A stretch of DNA of 64,000 bases from Parasitella parasitica NRRL 2501. Lineage: Eukaryota; Fungi; Mucoromycota. A model generated the notes under the pieces. That model saw only the letters and a list, made by a program, of their open reading frames with translations, did no database searches and had not been told where the DNA came from. The translations under genes and the position numbers were made by a program. Every line of letters starts with the position of its first letter. Within the stretch, counting starts at the first letter, position 1. The DNA lies in the NCBI GenBank assembly GCA_025201805.1, contig MU619387.1, positions 1 to 64,000 on the forward strand, given 5' to 3'. Of the stretch, positions 37,202-50,610 are shown piece after piece.

Positions 37202-39369
37202 GCAAGAAAATGGCGTTTACCCAACAAACTATGTATCGCCTGAATAGAGTGCGTGATTTTCTGTTGGGTGTTCGAGTGGACGAAATTGGAGATGAATCGA
37301 ACAATACAAATAATGTGGACCAAGCATTTGAAGACTTGACAGAAGCAGAGAGATTGCGCCTTGTCTATGAAATCTTGACCCAGCCTGAATCAGAAGGAGG
37401 TGCAGGCATTTCAGTCGAAGTGGATGATTACGTGGAGAGCATCATGCCATTACATGACGATAAATTCAATAACGTAAGTCTGCATGTTCTGATTATTCGG
37501 CTTGGAACTGACCATGCAAAACGGTTGGCCACAAAAGAACTGGCTCAAATCCTGGTCTACAAAATCCTTGATCGACGACAACGATTTGCTGACAATTCGG
37601 GATCATTTTGGCGAGAAGATTGCCTACTATTTTGCATTTCTGCAAAGCTACTTTTTGTGGCTCAGCGCCCCTACTGTTGTGGGTATCCTGGTTTACCTGA
37701 CGCATTCAAATACACTGGCTGTTTGGTTTTCGCTCTTCATGTTGCTTTGGGCTATTTTGTTCACCGAGATGTGGAGAAGAAAGGAAGCCGAGTTGGCGAT
37801 CAAATGGGGAGTTCGAAACTATTCAAAGCATGAAAAGAGAAGAGCCGAGTTTAAAGGCGAGAAAATGGTAAAGGATCATGTTACAGGCGAGGATATCCCT
37901 TTCGTATCTGCATGGAAGTTGCTTGGTAGACGTCTTGCTGCGATTCCTGGTGTCGCTGTGGGCGCTTTCTTGCTAACGGTCATTGTTGGCTTCGTGTTTG
38001 TTCTTCAGCTCTTCTTGCACGAATACTATAATGGCCCATTTGCAAAGTTCTTGGTAATTTTTGGCTTGTGCTTATATGGTGCACATGTTACTGACAACAT
38101 TTTTACATGTGAAAACATAGCATTATGCTCCTACTGTAGGTTATGTGCTTCTTATCCCTAGCATGACCAAAATTTACAGCAAATGGGTCAAGACACTAAC
38201 GGATTGGGAGATGCAAAAAACCGACGCTCAATGGGAATACAGTTACACCCAAAAGATTTTCATTGCAAACTTTTTGGTTGGCTATCTCTCGCTTTTCATC
38301 ACTGCTTGGATCTACATTCCTTTTGGCGACCATGTCTTGCCTTATCTCACCAATCTCAACATCAGCCATGAGCACAGAACTGTTGATTTCCAAAGATTGC
38401 GTGCTCAACTTGTTTACTTTATTGTCACTGGACAGCTGGTTGGTTTCTTGACAGAAATGGTTGTTCCTTATGCCATGAAAAACTATGTACCCAAAGCCAA
38501 AAAAATGGTCAGCAAGAAGAAGACGTCGACGTCTTCCTCTTCTGCAAAGGAAAAGAACCTGGTCGCAGCTTTTGAAGATGAAGAAGAGGAAAAATTCATG
38601 AACAAGGTTTATAAGGAAGTTGATATGGAAGAATATGCAATCTACACAGATTACGTAGAGATGGTCATTCAGGTGCTTCAAATTCTGATTTGAAATCATG
38701 TGCTTGTAATTCTTATGCATTTAAATAGTTTGGTTATGTCAGCATGTTTTCTACTGTATGGCCCCTTACTGCATTGTGTGCCATGGTCAATAATTGGGTT
38801 GAGCTTCGAGGGGATGCTGCCAAGGTCTGCAAATACACAAGGTAAGCTTTATTTTGATACATTTATAAGATGCACGACTCTTCATTTACGAAACCATTAT
38901 TAGGCGCCCTATTCCTTACAGAGCTGAAAGCATCGGTCCTTGGTTGGGAAATATGGAAACATTGGTTTGGTTATCCTCAATCACAATGTCCTCATTTGCC
39001 TATCTTTTCCACCCTTCAACTCAAATCCATTCATCATATACTCCTGTTTTTACATTACTGGCCATCTTGATGTCTGAGCATTTATTCATTGCTCTCAGAT
39101 TTGGTGTTCGCAAAGCGCTTAATCTGGTTCCAAGCATGGCCGAGTGGTTAGTTCGTAAAGAAGAGTATAATCTCAAAAAGGTTTGGCTTGAACGCATGGT
39201 TGGCAATCACCAGCAATTCGTTGCTCGCCATAGCCTTGAGATAGAAGATGAGAATTCTGCTTTTGCCGGCGACGATTTGGGCTCCAAGCTTTGGAGGCAC
39301 CATTTAAATCGCCAAGCAGAGACTAATGGTGCTATTCAGCTTGTACAAAACGCATTCAAAACCAAGTAA
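36709..39369 (+). CDS. Anoctamin/TMEM16 (IST2-like) Ca2+-activated scramblase/channel, multi-exon
   Basis: DYVIVF, TEAERLRLVY, IRDHFGEKIAYYFAFL, DYVEMVIQFGYV, NNWVELRGD and AESIGPW; the first intron donor is unresolved (A33 run). Confidence 0.9.
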
Positions 39370-39424
39370 CTAAACCATCGACCTTGCAATTAATAAACTG
39401 CTTTATTTGAACATGTAATAGCAT

Positions 39425-40363
39425 TTAAAAATCCTTTTTCTTTTCATCATAACTAAGATGACCAGGGCCGATAGAAACCAACAGCAATAATCCACCCGTA
39501 ATGCTTAGACATTGGAAAAAGTTGTACTTGGTAACATCCCTCTTGTAATTAGAATGTTGAACTGTCCACCAGTTATTAACAATGACGTTCAAGATACAGA
39601 GGAAGGTCACCAAAAACGATGCAGACCACTTTGCCCTGAACCCAACCACAACCATCACACAAGCCGCGAAACCTACTAACGATACCAATACACGTAAAAG
39701 ACTCCATTCACCTTGAAAAACAAATCCTGCAAATAACAGAACCAAGAGCACACGACCTGCAAGTTGAAAGTACTGATGACGCTCTGTTTCTGTCAAGCTA
39801 GGAAGAGAGGCAAAGAGATGTGAAGAACTTGTCTGTCTCTTGTTGCGTAAAATTGACTCTGAAAGACACAGCAGTAAACCGCCCAAGATAGAAAGATTGC
39901 GCAAAAAGAAGACCTATACAATTTGTGCATAATAAGATTATGCAAGCACGACCACGACGCGACGAACTTCAATCACACACCCCCCGCCACTCCCAGGATT
40001 CACACTTACCATATTGAACACTAGGCCATAACAAACTGCTTGAGATACAATGACACCAGCAAGCACATAAACTGAGACACTGACATGCTTTTTGGCTATC
40101 AATGTGGATGAAAATATCAACATTGCGAATACATTCAAAATAAGAAACAGATGAGAGATGCCTCTTGGAAATCCTCTGTCCCCTTCTAAATAGCTTCTTT
40201 GATCTGACCATTGTACCATGATTCGCAGCGAGTCTTCGTAGAAAGTTGCCACTACCAGAAAACGACTGAGTGCCGGAAGATATGGTTTCACAGGCTGTCC
40301 CAATGTATCCAACGTCTTTTCTATACGAGCACTTGTTTCTCTAATAGTCTCTTCAAAGCTCAT
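39425..40363 (-). CDS. ERV29: SURF4/Erv29 ER cargo receptor; intron 39914-40009
   Basis: YLPALSRFLVVATFYED, RNLSILGGLLL, KYNFFQ.LS..GGLLL, GPG..S.DEKKK and a C-terminal di-lysine. Confidence 0.95.
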
Positions 40364-41244
40364 GTTTATTTTTGAATCTAGATGTATCAAAGGTAGAGAG
40401 AGTTGCAAAGAAAAAGAAAGCCTTCATTTATAAAGCCGTATTCACGAAAAGGGGGTGAGCATTTAAATTAATGACACCAGAAAGCGCTTGTTTAAGGGGT
40501 AATCACACTATACTTGATGATTCCTTTTTAAATCATAATCCCCCTTAATTAGACTTTAAGTAGATTTTTTTTTGGAACAAGACACTAAGGTTTGAACATA
40601 TCGAATTCTACGCGTACTCATATATGCATATTTGTGTCAATTACTGTATATCCTTACTGACTCTTATTTAATGCAATGCACAAAGACATTATTTATAATT
40701 TCAACAATTTCGGGGACAGTCTCATGTCCATGGGGCTGGTAAAATACACTTGCTAAAGATAAAAACGAAATTGCGATCGTATTTGCTGAAACTTTGTTAT
40801 CGCGTCATGCAATACGTTAAACTTAATACTAATGAACGCGTTCGGTGTAAAAATCTGCCTTTTCTTTTGCTCTTTTAGGCGCTAGCCATTACATGAAATA
40901 CAAAGATCAATCTCATTTTGCAAGTAATAATAAATTCAAAATAGGTTCAATCAAAGGTGATAAAGGCATGGTTTTTATGCTTTCGTGTATACAAATAACA
41001 ATTGGCATGATGAATATTCGATATTTGCATAATAATTAATCAGGCATAGAGAAACGCACTTTGAATGCCTTTTATATTCCGTTTTATGTTTTCAATTTGA
41101 TCTGCATTGCCAGTTCTCCATCTTCATCAGTTATTGTATATCCCCATAGCTACCAATTGAAAGATCAAGGACGGAAACAGCCTCTAGTAAAATATATACA
41201 GTTTCTACCACGACATAAGCAATCTGAACCCTCTGCGATATTTG

Positions 41245-42045
41245 CTAATAACTTTTGATAGAGACATTGCCTAGTGGAAATCAAGTTATGCTCAGATAGC
41301 GATGATCATGCCTGTTTTTATAAAGCATAAAACAGGCTTTATGTTGCTCTTTATCGTAGCCTATCAGCATTTATATGCGATTTTCATATGGTTTCTGCAG
41401 ATAACTTTACAGATATCAATAAAAACATGAAGGCCAATGTTGTTGCCAGATAGCACCAAGTCAACGCCAAGTTTTCCAAGTTAGATCTCGGTTCTACAGT
41501 CATTTTTGCAAACGTTATGAGCAAATATGTGATATTTATGATAAATATTGAAAAATAAATCTGTTTTTGCAGATAACTTTTGATAGAGACATTGCCTAGT
41601 GGAAATCAAGTATCGATCCATAAGCGTATATCATTCCTTGTATAGTCTTATCCAGTTTATATTAATAGTACATGTCTGAGTGTATATCACTTGGTATTCA
41701 TCTTAGCATATATCGGTATATGTAGCATGTCTATAGCATGTCATAAGCATATCTATAGCATTGCACATATTGTACAAGTCTGTAGTACATGATTTATCTG
41801 TAGCTAGTATCATGGATATAAGTATATGTCTTGTAGTGCGTATCTAGAAACTGGGAATACGCACCTGAAGCATGAATCTTATATAGCATAAGCTCGTAGC
41901 ATACACTAGATTTAGTAAATGTCTAAGGCTCGTGTCGAGATATAAGTATCAGTCTATAGCGTCATCCATCCAAATGGTGCCATCTCTAGCCTATATCTTA
42001 TATAGTATAAATCTGTATTGTACATCTTATTAACTGTGCACATAT
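41245..42045 (+). mobile_element. Longest copy of the non-coding dispersed repeat (A unit, partial A, then B); probable non-autonomous element
   Basis: ~40-nt direct repeat ATAACTTTTGATAGAGACATTGCCTAGTGGAAATCAAGT at ~41247 and ~41572; homology to 1-98, 561-850 and 25905-26260; no long ORF. Confidence 0.65.
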
Positions 42046-42408
42046 GCAAGAGTGTTTTACAATTTCTTATTTGGTTAAGCTTCTTGATCGAGTCGGGCAA
42101 GATTACTGCTCATCACGAGCTTTTGCATGATTTACACAAACCCAACAAGGAGAAGCCACCAGTTATCAAAAACTATCTTTGACGAGGCCAAGGCTTTTAA
42201 TAAGTTGAAGAATAAGGGATTTGAGCACTTTTCTACTATAAGATGGTAATTGCATCCTGAAATTAATATATCTAGTGTTAAACCAGAGTACAAATTCAAC
42301 CCATCGCAGGTGGTTTGTCAATGACGGATGGTCACATTCATTCATCTCGAAAGTGAAATTTTTTCTTTGACAGCTGGTTGTTCCTCTTTACTATACAAAC
42401 CACCCAGC

Positions 42409-44514
42409 ATGGCCGACACTATAGATCCATCTCGCATGTGCAGCGTTGGATTACTGACGACAGAGTGCTTTGATAATCTAGAAGACTTTATCTCACAGGC
42501 CGAAGATGCTGGCCATGATTTTATCGTTACACCCATATCTCATCCCACTTTTAGACGCGTATTGAACGAAGACAAATCGACTAACGAACAAGATCAAAGA
42601 AGCTGGAAAGATAGGCCTGTATTTGATCGTGAAGATTTGGTCATTCAGTCTGCTGGTACTGTAAATATACAACGGTTGAAGCGATCACTCACTTAACTAA
42701 TTCTCTTTCTATTAGCATTCTCTTACAAAGCTGTTGGATTGTTGGCCAACTGGACACAACTTGATTCAAGCAACCCTGAAACTAGAATTTGCTCAGAGTT
42801 AGCTTTAAAGCAAGAGATAGACTGGGCTTGCCACATCAGCCTATCTGGCCTGATCTTTCCTGCTCTGCCCAAGGGTGTTTTATTCAACACTGCTCGAGTT
42901 ATCAACAGTGCTGTCAAGTCCATGTCATACACACAATTCTTGGTTCAAGTCCCCGTAGCCGATAAAGACAATGTCCAAGGAAACCTTGGCTGGAAGCAAT
43001 GGAATAGATTTAGAGCGCTGACAGAATATAATACCAAAATCCATGTCGCTCTTGAGATCACTTCAGAATTACCTTCAGACAAGCAACTGCTCGACATGTG
43101 GCTAGCCGAGCCTATCAAGGCCGTGATTGTCCCTGCCGAAATTTTTGTAGAGAATCCCAAGGGGTATCCCGTTTTGCCAAAACCTCACCAAAAATTCATT
43201 CAGAAACTGATGGATAAGATGAAGCCAGACATGATTGTCACTCTGCCAAAATCAAAAATCCACAAAAAGGCTACACCTTCGTCTTACAGCGAATACATCA
43301 GCCATTTAAACCGCAGACTACCACCTTTACAGGATGTAGATCACTTTGCGACAGGCTATCAAGACTTTCTTCAGGCGCCATTGCAGCCTCTGATGGATAA
43401 TTTGGAAAATCAGACTTATGAGGTTTTTGAAAAGGATCCCATCAAATATCAGCAATACGAAAAGGCAGTGTACAAGGCGCTGTTGGATCGTGTCGAGCAT
43501 GGATCAGACTATACGACAACCATTATGGTGGTAGGTGCTGGCAGAGGCCCACTGGTCAACTGTTGTCTTCGTGCTGCTGAAAAGTCCGAGCGCAAGATTC
43601 ATATTTACGCATTGGAGAAAAACCACAATGCCTTTGTAACGTAAGTGGTTAAAAATCATGTCATCAAGCCCCTTTTGTCTTGACAAATCATGATGTGTGT
43701 TTAGGCTGCAAAATGCCAAGGCTGATTTATGGGGGGACAAAGTTACATTGGTGTTTGCTGATATGAGAAAGTGGACGCCTCCAACTAAGGTAAAAGAGAC
43801 GAGATTGAAAATTTCAGTCCTGGCAAGGATAATTAAATGGGGTTTTAGTGTGATATTTTGGTGAGCGAGCTTTTGGGTTCATTTGGCGATAACGAGCTTT
43901 CACCCGAATGTTTAGATGGAGCACAGAAATTCATCAAAGACGGTGGTATTTCGATTCCAGCAAGCTACACAGCATTCGCCTCACCATTGGCGTCTACGAG
44001 ATTGAACAATAATGTGGCTGCTTACAAAGATCTGGAGCATTACGAGACTCCCTATGTAGTCATGTTCCAGCAGGTGTGTGAGTTGGCAGATCCCAAGCCA
44101 CTTTGGTCCTTTAAACATCCCAATAGACAGGGCGATATTGCAGCAGACGGGGACCCCATGAACAATTTACACAATGTACGATACGGCCACGCTGAATTTT
44201 CAGTCAAGCATGATATGATGATGAACGGCATTGCTGGCTACTTTGAAAGCGTGCTTTATAAAGATGTGATGATCTCGATTCGCCCACAAACTCACTCGCC
44301 TGGAATGTTTAGTTGGTTCCCCATCTACTTCCCCATCCGCACACCAGTTCAGGTGCCTAAAGGATCTACAGTCTCACTTCAATTCTGGCGTTTGACAGAT
44401 GCCAAAAAAGTCTGGTACGAATGGACTGTCACCGTTCAGGGTCAAAATGACCAAGAAATGGCAACTTTACCCATTCATAACGTAGGCGGTCGCTCTTATT
44501 ATGTTGGCTTATAA
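42409..44514 (+). CDS. PRMT5: Protein arginine N-methyltransferase 5 (Skb1/Hsl7), multi-exon
   Basis: LQAPLQPLMDNLE..YEVFEKDPIKY, VVGAGRGPLV, VSELLGSFGDNELSPECL and SPGMFSWFP. Confidence 0.95.
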
Positions 44515-44591
44515 AATAGATATGAATTGTGTGATACAACAGGACATGTGTTAAATAATCATTCCGAAAAATAGTTGCGACTAGAAATTAG

Positions 44592-44593
<2 letters not shown>

Positions 44594-44627
<34 letters not shown>
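44594..44627. repeat. (GT)n microsatellite
   Basis: Seen directly. Confidence 0.9.
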
Positions 44628-44630
<3 letters not shown>

Positions 44631-45110
44631 ATCTAACGGGTTGTGGTATTGGTTTCGAGGTAGAATGTTCATCAGGGAGTAATGGCTCGTGCGCTTAAAC
44701 ATTCAACATGATTGTTTCCGAGAACCTGCCTGGTAATATGCATGTCGATGCATCATTTTTTTTTTTTTTTCTCTGTTGTGAACAAAGGATGAAACAGCAG
44801 TTGGATGCTACGGCTGCCAATTACTGACTTGCCATATGCTGCCGGATCTAGTTTACCCGTCTATATTTTGTGATATTCATTATTACAACCTCTGCTGTCC
44901 ATTTCTTCTGCCCTGCTTATTCATTATCCGAATTTTTTCTTTTTCGCTATACTTCTTTCTCCCTTTTCTCTTTTACCAATATAAAAATACAGACTTGGAG
45001 CGAAATTCCCATTTGATAAAAACCCACCGTCTGTTTACGTTTTTGACCCTAATCTCTATCTTTCCACCCACCAGCCCAGCACTTTGTGGTAGTCAGGACA
45101 ACAACCCACA

Positions 45111-48100
45111 ATGAATACACAACTACGGTTCAAGGCATTGTTTTCGAAAAAGGCCAAACAAAGGCTCCAAGATGAAAGGGCCGAAAACGAAATCAAACGA
45201 ACCGAGTCGACATCGTCGTATATGCAGAGACGAAGAAAGATATATGTGAACATGTCGCCGCCATCATCTGAATACGACGACAAGGGCAACCTGGTTGATC
45301 ACTCGTATGCGTCCAACCGAATCCGAACGGCAAAATACACGCCATTATCGTTTGTGCCCAAAAATCTGTTTGAGCAATTTAGAAACATTGCAAACCTGTA
45401 CTTTCTGTTTCTTGTCATTTTACAATGTATTCCCTTATTTGGTGTAACGGAGCCTGGTGTCTCTGCTATCCCGCTTATCGTCATTTTAATCATCACAGCG
45501 ATCAAGGATGGAATCGAGGATGCAAAGCGAAACCAGTCTGATCAGAAAGTAAATAGAGCGAAAACACTGACGCTGAGTCACTGGAAAAACGTAAACATAC
45601 CCGATGAAGTAAAGAGCAAGTTTCATGCGCTTCATGTGTTTCTAGGGTTTTTTTGCATGCTTGCAGGTGTCGATAACAGATTTACGCACGCCTACCGCCT
45701 GTCGACAGCCAAGGATATGCCTGCGTCAAAGGTGGAGCTGAATTTCGACGACGATAAATCACCCCTCAACGAAGTCGATGAAAACGCATCCTCTGAAAGC
45801 GCTTCTTTGAGCGGGGAACAGCACGATGCAGAAGAACAAGAAACAGCAGCAGCAGCAGCTTCTCCTGATTTCCTGGCGCCTCCTCAACAAAAGAATTTCT
45901 TGGGCAAAGTAAGACAGAGATCAGATACGATTGGATCAGCTTTCAACCAAATGTTCAGCTCGGCTGCTCGCAAAAAGTTCTATCGACCAGGCACAATCCC
46001 TCACTCAGTCTTGCACAGAGCCCCAACACCGAGCATTCGACGTCCATCATCCTCGATTCACCCAGGCGCTTTAAAATGTTCCGATCTGCCAGCTGGCGAC
46101 CCCCCTGTTGAGAGTTGCAAAGTGTGGTGGCAAGAGGTTCAGTGGCAAGATCTCCAAGTTGGCGATTATGTAATGATTAGAAATGATGAAAATGTCCCAG
46201 CTGACGTTGTTATTTTATCAACTTCGGAAAAGGACAATCTCTGCTATGTCGAGACTCAAAATCTCGATGGCGAGACCAATTTAAAGGTGCGAGAAGGGCT
46301 CAAGGCAACAAGCGAATTACGATCGGTGCACGATTGCGAGCGAGCCTTTTTCTATTTCGAAAGCGAGCCTCCACACGCAAACCTGTATTCATACAATGGC
46401 GTCATGCGCTGGAATATCGAACGCCCTGTAGAAGCCCCAGACGAAGAGGAAGAGGTTGTTTTCCACCAAAAGACTGAGGCTGTGACATACAACAATCTCC
46501 TATTACGTGGCTGCGTGCTGCGAAATACGAGATGGGCCATTGGTATCACTATATTCACCGGCGATGACACTAAAATCATGCTGAATTCCGGTAAAACGCC
46601 ATCAAAGCGTAGCAAGATGGTAAAGGCAACAAATCCGCTCGTAAGTGCTGCTAGAATATAAAAAATTCATACAACTAATCGCTTCACGACCAAATAGGTA
46701 ATCGCCAATTTTTGTCTTTTGGCCATCTTGAGTATTATATCATCTGCATTAGCAAGTGCATTTTTCAACGCTCCTGGATCAGCTCGGTTCTTTGATTTTG
46801 GGATCGAAGGCACAAACAATTCTTATCTTGGTTTTATTACATTTTGGGTCACCTTGATTCTATACCAGAATATTGTGCCCATTTCCTTGTATATTTCAGT
46901 AGAGATTGTCAAGACAATAGCAGTAAGCAGTTTTTGCTCTTGGTCCTAAAAATGCAACTAACCGCGTGAATGTGTGTGTGTGTGTGTGTGTATTTATAGG
47001 CTTACTTCATCTATGCAGACATCGACATGTACTATGAGCCGACAGATACGCCTTGTATCCCCAAAACGTGGAATATCTCTGACGATCTCGGTCAAATCGA
47101 GTATATTTTCTCTGACAAAACGGGCACACTGACTCAGAATGTCATGGAGGCAAGGAAAGGCACAGTCAATGGCGTATCTTACGGCATTGGCAAGACAGAA
47201 ACCTCTATAGGCGCCGAAATCCGTCGTGGATCTACGTTCTCTGAAAAGCATTTGGACGACGCCAATCTCTCAGACATGAATGTAGCCCGTAGAAAAATGT
47301 ACGAGAAGCAAGACGGACTCTTTGACAACAAGTATTTGGGGCCGAATCCTACGTTTATCGATCCCAAGTTCTTTGATGATTTAGGCCAGCAAAACGTGCA
47401 CTCCACAGCAATGATCCACTTTTTCACCTCATTGGCATTATGTCATACAGCAATTGCAGAACGACCAGATAAAAAAAATCGACACATCATCGAATACAAG
47501 GCTCAATCACCAGATGAAGCTGCGTTGGTCGCTTCTGCGCGAGACTTGGGCTTTGTGTTTTTGGGGCGCGAGTCCAACACACTCACTGCCGAGATTATGG
47601 GAGAAAAGAAGAAATACGAGCTGCTCAACGTATTGGAATTCAACTCGACTAGGAAGCGCATGAGCGTCATTATCAAACCGCATGACAGCGACAGAATTGT
47701 TTTGCTGTGCAAGGGCGCAGATTCTGTCATCTACGAGCGTCTTTGCAGCGATTTTGGCGACCAGCAGGCGCTGGAAAAGCAGCAGATGGAACTGCAGGCC
47801 AGTACGGCGGATCATTTAGAAGATTTCGCAAATGAAGGCTTGCGTACACTCTGTTTATCGTATAGATTCATTTCTCCTAGCGAATACAAGACTTGGAACA
47901 GACGGTTCCAGGAAGCAAGCGCGGCTATTTACAACCGTGATGAAAAGATTGAAGAGGTATCGGAAGAAATCGAGAGCAACATGTTGCTGATGGGCGGAAC
48001 TGCTATCGAAGACCGTCTCCAGGATGGCGTCCCTGAGACTATTGCCAAACTAGCGCAATCTGGAATCAAGCTATGGGTGCTTACTGGCGATAAGACGGAA

Positions 48101-49519
48101 ACTGCCATCAATATTGGCTTCTCTTGTAATTTAATCACACTGGACATGGAGCTGGTTATCGTAAAGGCTGACGATCGAGAAGAAACTGTTGAGGAATTGC
48201 AAAAGGCGATCAAGCACACAGACTCTTTAATGGGCGAGAAAAGATGCGCGCTTGTTATTGATGGCAATACGCTCAAATATGCATTGGAGCCCAGCACCAA
48301 AGACTTGATACTGGACCTTGGTATGCGCTGTGCAAGTGTCATTTGCTGCCGTGTGAGCCCCAAGCAAAAAGCCCAGGTTGTGAATCTAGTGAAAAAGAGC
48401 CTGGAGGTCATGACGTTGGCGATCGGTGATGGCGCCAACGATGTCTCCATGATTCAAGAAGCAAACGTTGGTGTTGGTATTTCGGGTGTAGAAGGTAGAC
48501 AAGCTGTGATGGCGTCTGATTACGCTATTTCTCAGTTCCGTTTCTTGGAAAAGTTACTGCTCGTTCATGGTCGCTGGTCCTACTTGAGAACAGCAGAAAT
48601 GATTATGGGCTTTTTTTCCAAGAATATCGTTTGGACGTTTGTCTTGTTCTGGTACCAGATCTTTTGTCAGTAAGTGCAAATCATGTCGTTTTATAGTGCG
48701 TGCCGCTATTGACGTTAATCTTTGCTGCATAGGTTCAATGGTTCCATGATGTTTGAGTACGCGCTTGTTGCTCTTTACAACCTCATCTTTACCTCGCTGC
48801 CTATTATTTTCTTGGGCATCTGGGACCAGGATGTAAATGCCAAGGTATCCGACCTGTATCCTGAGATGTACAGGATGGGCCTCCGTAACGACAAATTCAA
48901 GCCTTGGCGCTTCTACATGATTGTGTTCGAAGCTATCTTTCAGTCATCTGTTTGCTTCTTTTTCCCATATATGCTCTTGCTAGGCGGTCCCCTGGAAGCT
49001 ACCGGAAGAGACCAAAATGGCATGTACGAACTGGGTACCATTGTATCAAGTATTGCTGTGATAGTGGCCAATTTTTTTGTGTTGACTTCCCTGTACAGCT
49101 TCACATGGATTCAAGTATTCATCGTTTGTATATCCATCTTGGTGTACTATGCTTTTGTCTGCGTCTATGCTCAGTTCAATACGTTCATTTTCGCTGGCCA
49201 CTCTGTTTTGTTTGGCACAGGTGGATACTGGATGGTCCTTATTCTGACAATAGTAGCGTGCTTCCTGCCTCGGATGTCTGCACTGCATTTCTTGCATCAA
49301 TATTACCCTTATGACAACGATATCGTGCGTGAACAGGAGCTTGTTCTACATAACGGTCGTTCCAGCTTTAAGCAGCCGCCTGCTGCTGGGAGTAGCGTCG
49401 AGACTAAATTTCCAACAGAAGATGAAATGGGCAGCAGCAATGACAAACCTGATCGACATAACGATAATGACCAAATGGACTACTCTCCTCTGAAAACTTT
49501 ACCCAACTCTGTAGCATAA
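45111..49519 (+). CDS. P4-ATPase phospholipid flippase (DNF-like), four exons
   Basis: SNRIRTAKYT, NLDGETNLK, PISLY, DKTGTLTQN, AQSPDE, IEDRLQ, GDGANDVSM and VHGRWSY. Confidence 0.95.
46971..46991. repeat. (GT)n microsatellite in a flippase intron
   Basis: Seen directly. Confidence 0.85.
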
Positions 49520-50610
49520 CATTTAATAATTAATAACATTTAAACAAAACTATCTCCTTCTCTAAATTTATTAGAATAGCACTTTAATTTATATATCGCA
49601 TTTTATACATAATTAAATAATATACTTGTTCATTATAAAGGTTAACTGTTCAACACAGAATGTTCAACGTTATAGTGTTCGACAGCTGCTACTAGTAGAT
49701 GTCGATCAATATTATTGTCATACTCGATCTTAAGACGGACGCACTTGTTTATCAAATCAATAAAACCATGAATAGTGCCATTGCACTCATAAGCATCCAT
49801 CCTACGACATTGTCTAGCACAAACCTCTTCACTTACTTTTCATCTTTCGATGCGACTGACTCGAGTACAATAGGCAGAGAATTTAGCCTTGCTTTTGTAA
49901 CTCTGGTGTTCTTGTGTCTTTCAGATAAATGCTCAATTCAACTAAAAACACATGCCGAAAAGGCAGCCTATCTATCACTCCCTCATTTCCTTATTTTTTT
50001 CTCTTTCTTTTTTTTTTTTTGTAATTGAGAGTGTTTGTAATTGAAATTATCGCCATCATGGGTGAGATATATATATAGAATGTCTTATCATCTGAGCCAT
50101 GGTTGATATATGCAAACTACCATATATGTAGTTACATTGTCGACTTTAAAGGGCTATGACGAGTTTAATGACAATGCGAAAAGAGGAAAATTTGTTAATG
50201 ATATCGGTTTTTATGAATTTTTGCCGCTTTCACTGTATTGTCCATTTGAAGCTGCTTGCCACAGCATTGGTGTGCTTGCATAGGTACTCGTAAAAAATAG
50301 TCCAAGAAGCAGCGTTGGGGTAGGGGAGGGTTTGCTGCCATACAATGAACCCACAATTGAAGCGTGGGTCATAATGTTGCCTTACCTCAGGCTGCTCGAT
50401 TGCAATATATGATGTTTGTCTGCTACTGCTGTTAGCAAATGAGAGAGCATTAATGGCTGTTGATGGGGGGGGGGGAAACACTGGGTTTCAACAAGATCAG
50501 AAGGACAAACCAATGCAGTGTCTTTTTGATCATGTTTCTTCTTTTTTTTCTCCTTTTCTTTTCTTTTACTTTTCTTGATATAATCTGGTAATTGAACATT
50601 CTCTTAGGAC

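Noticed and set aside
41247-41611. ~40-nt direct repeats as a CRISPR array or LTRs
   Set aside because: Only two copies ~325 bp apart, eukaryotic context, no cas, gag or pol.
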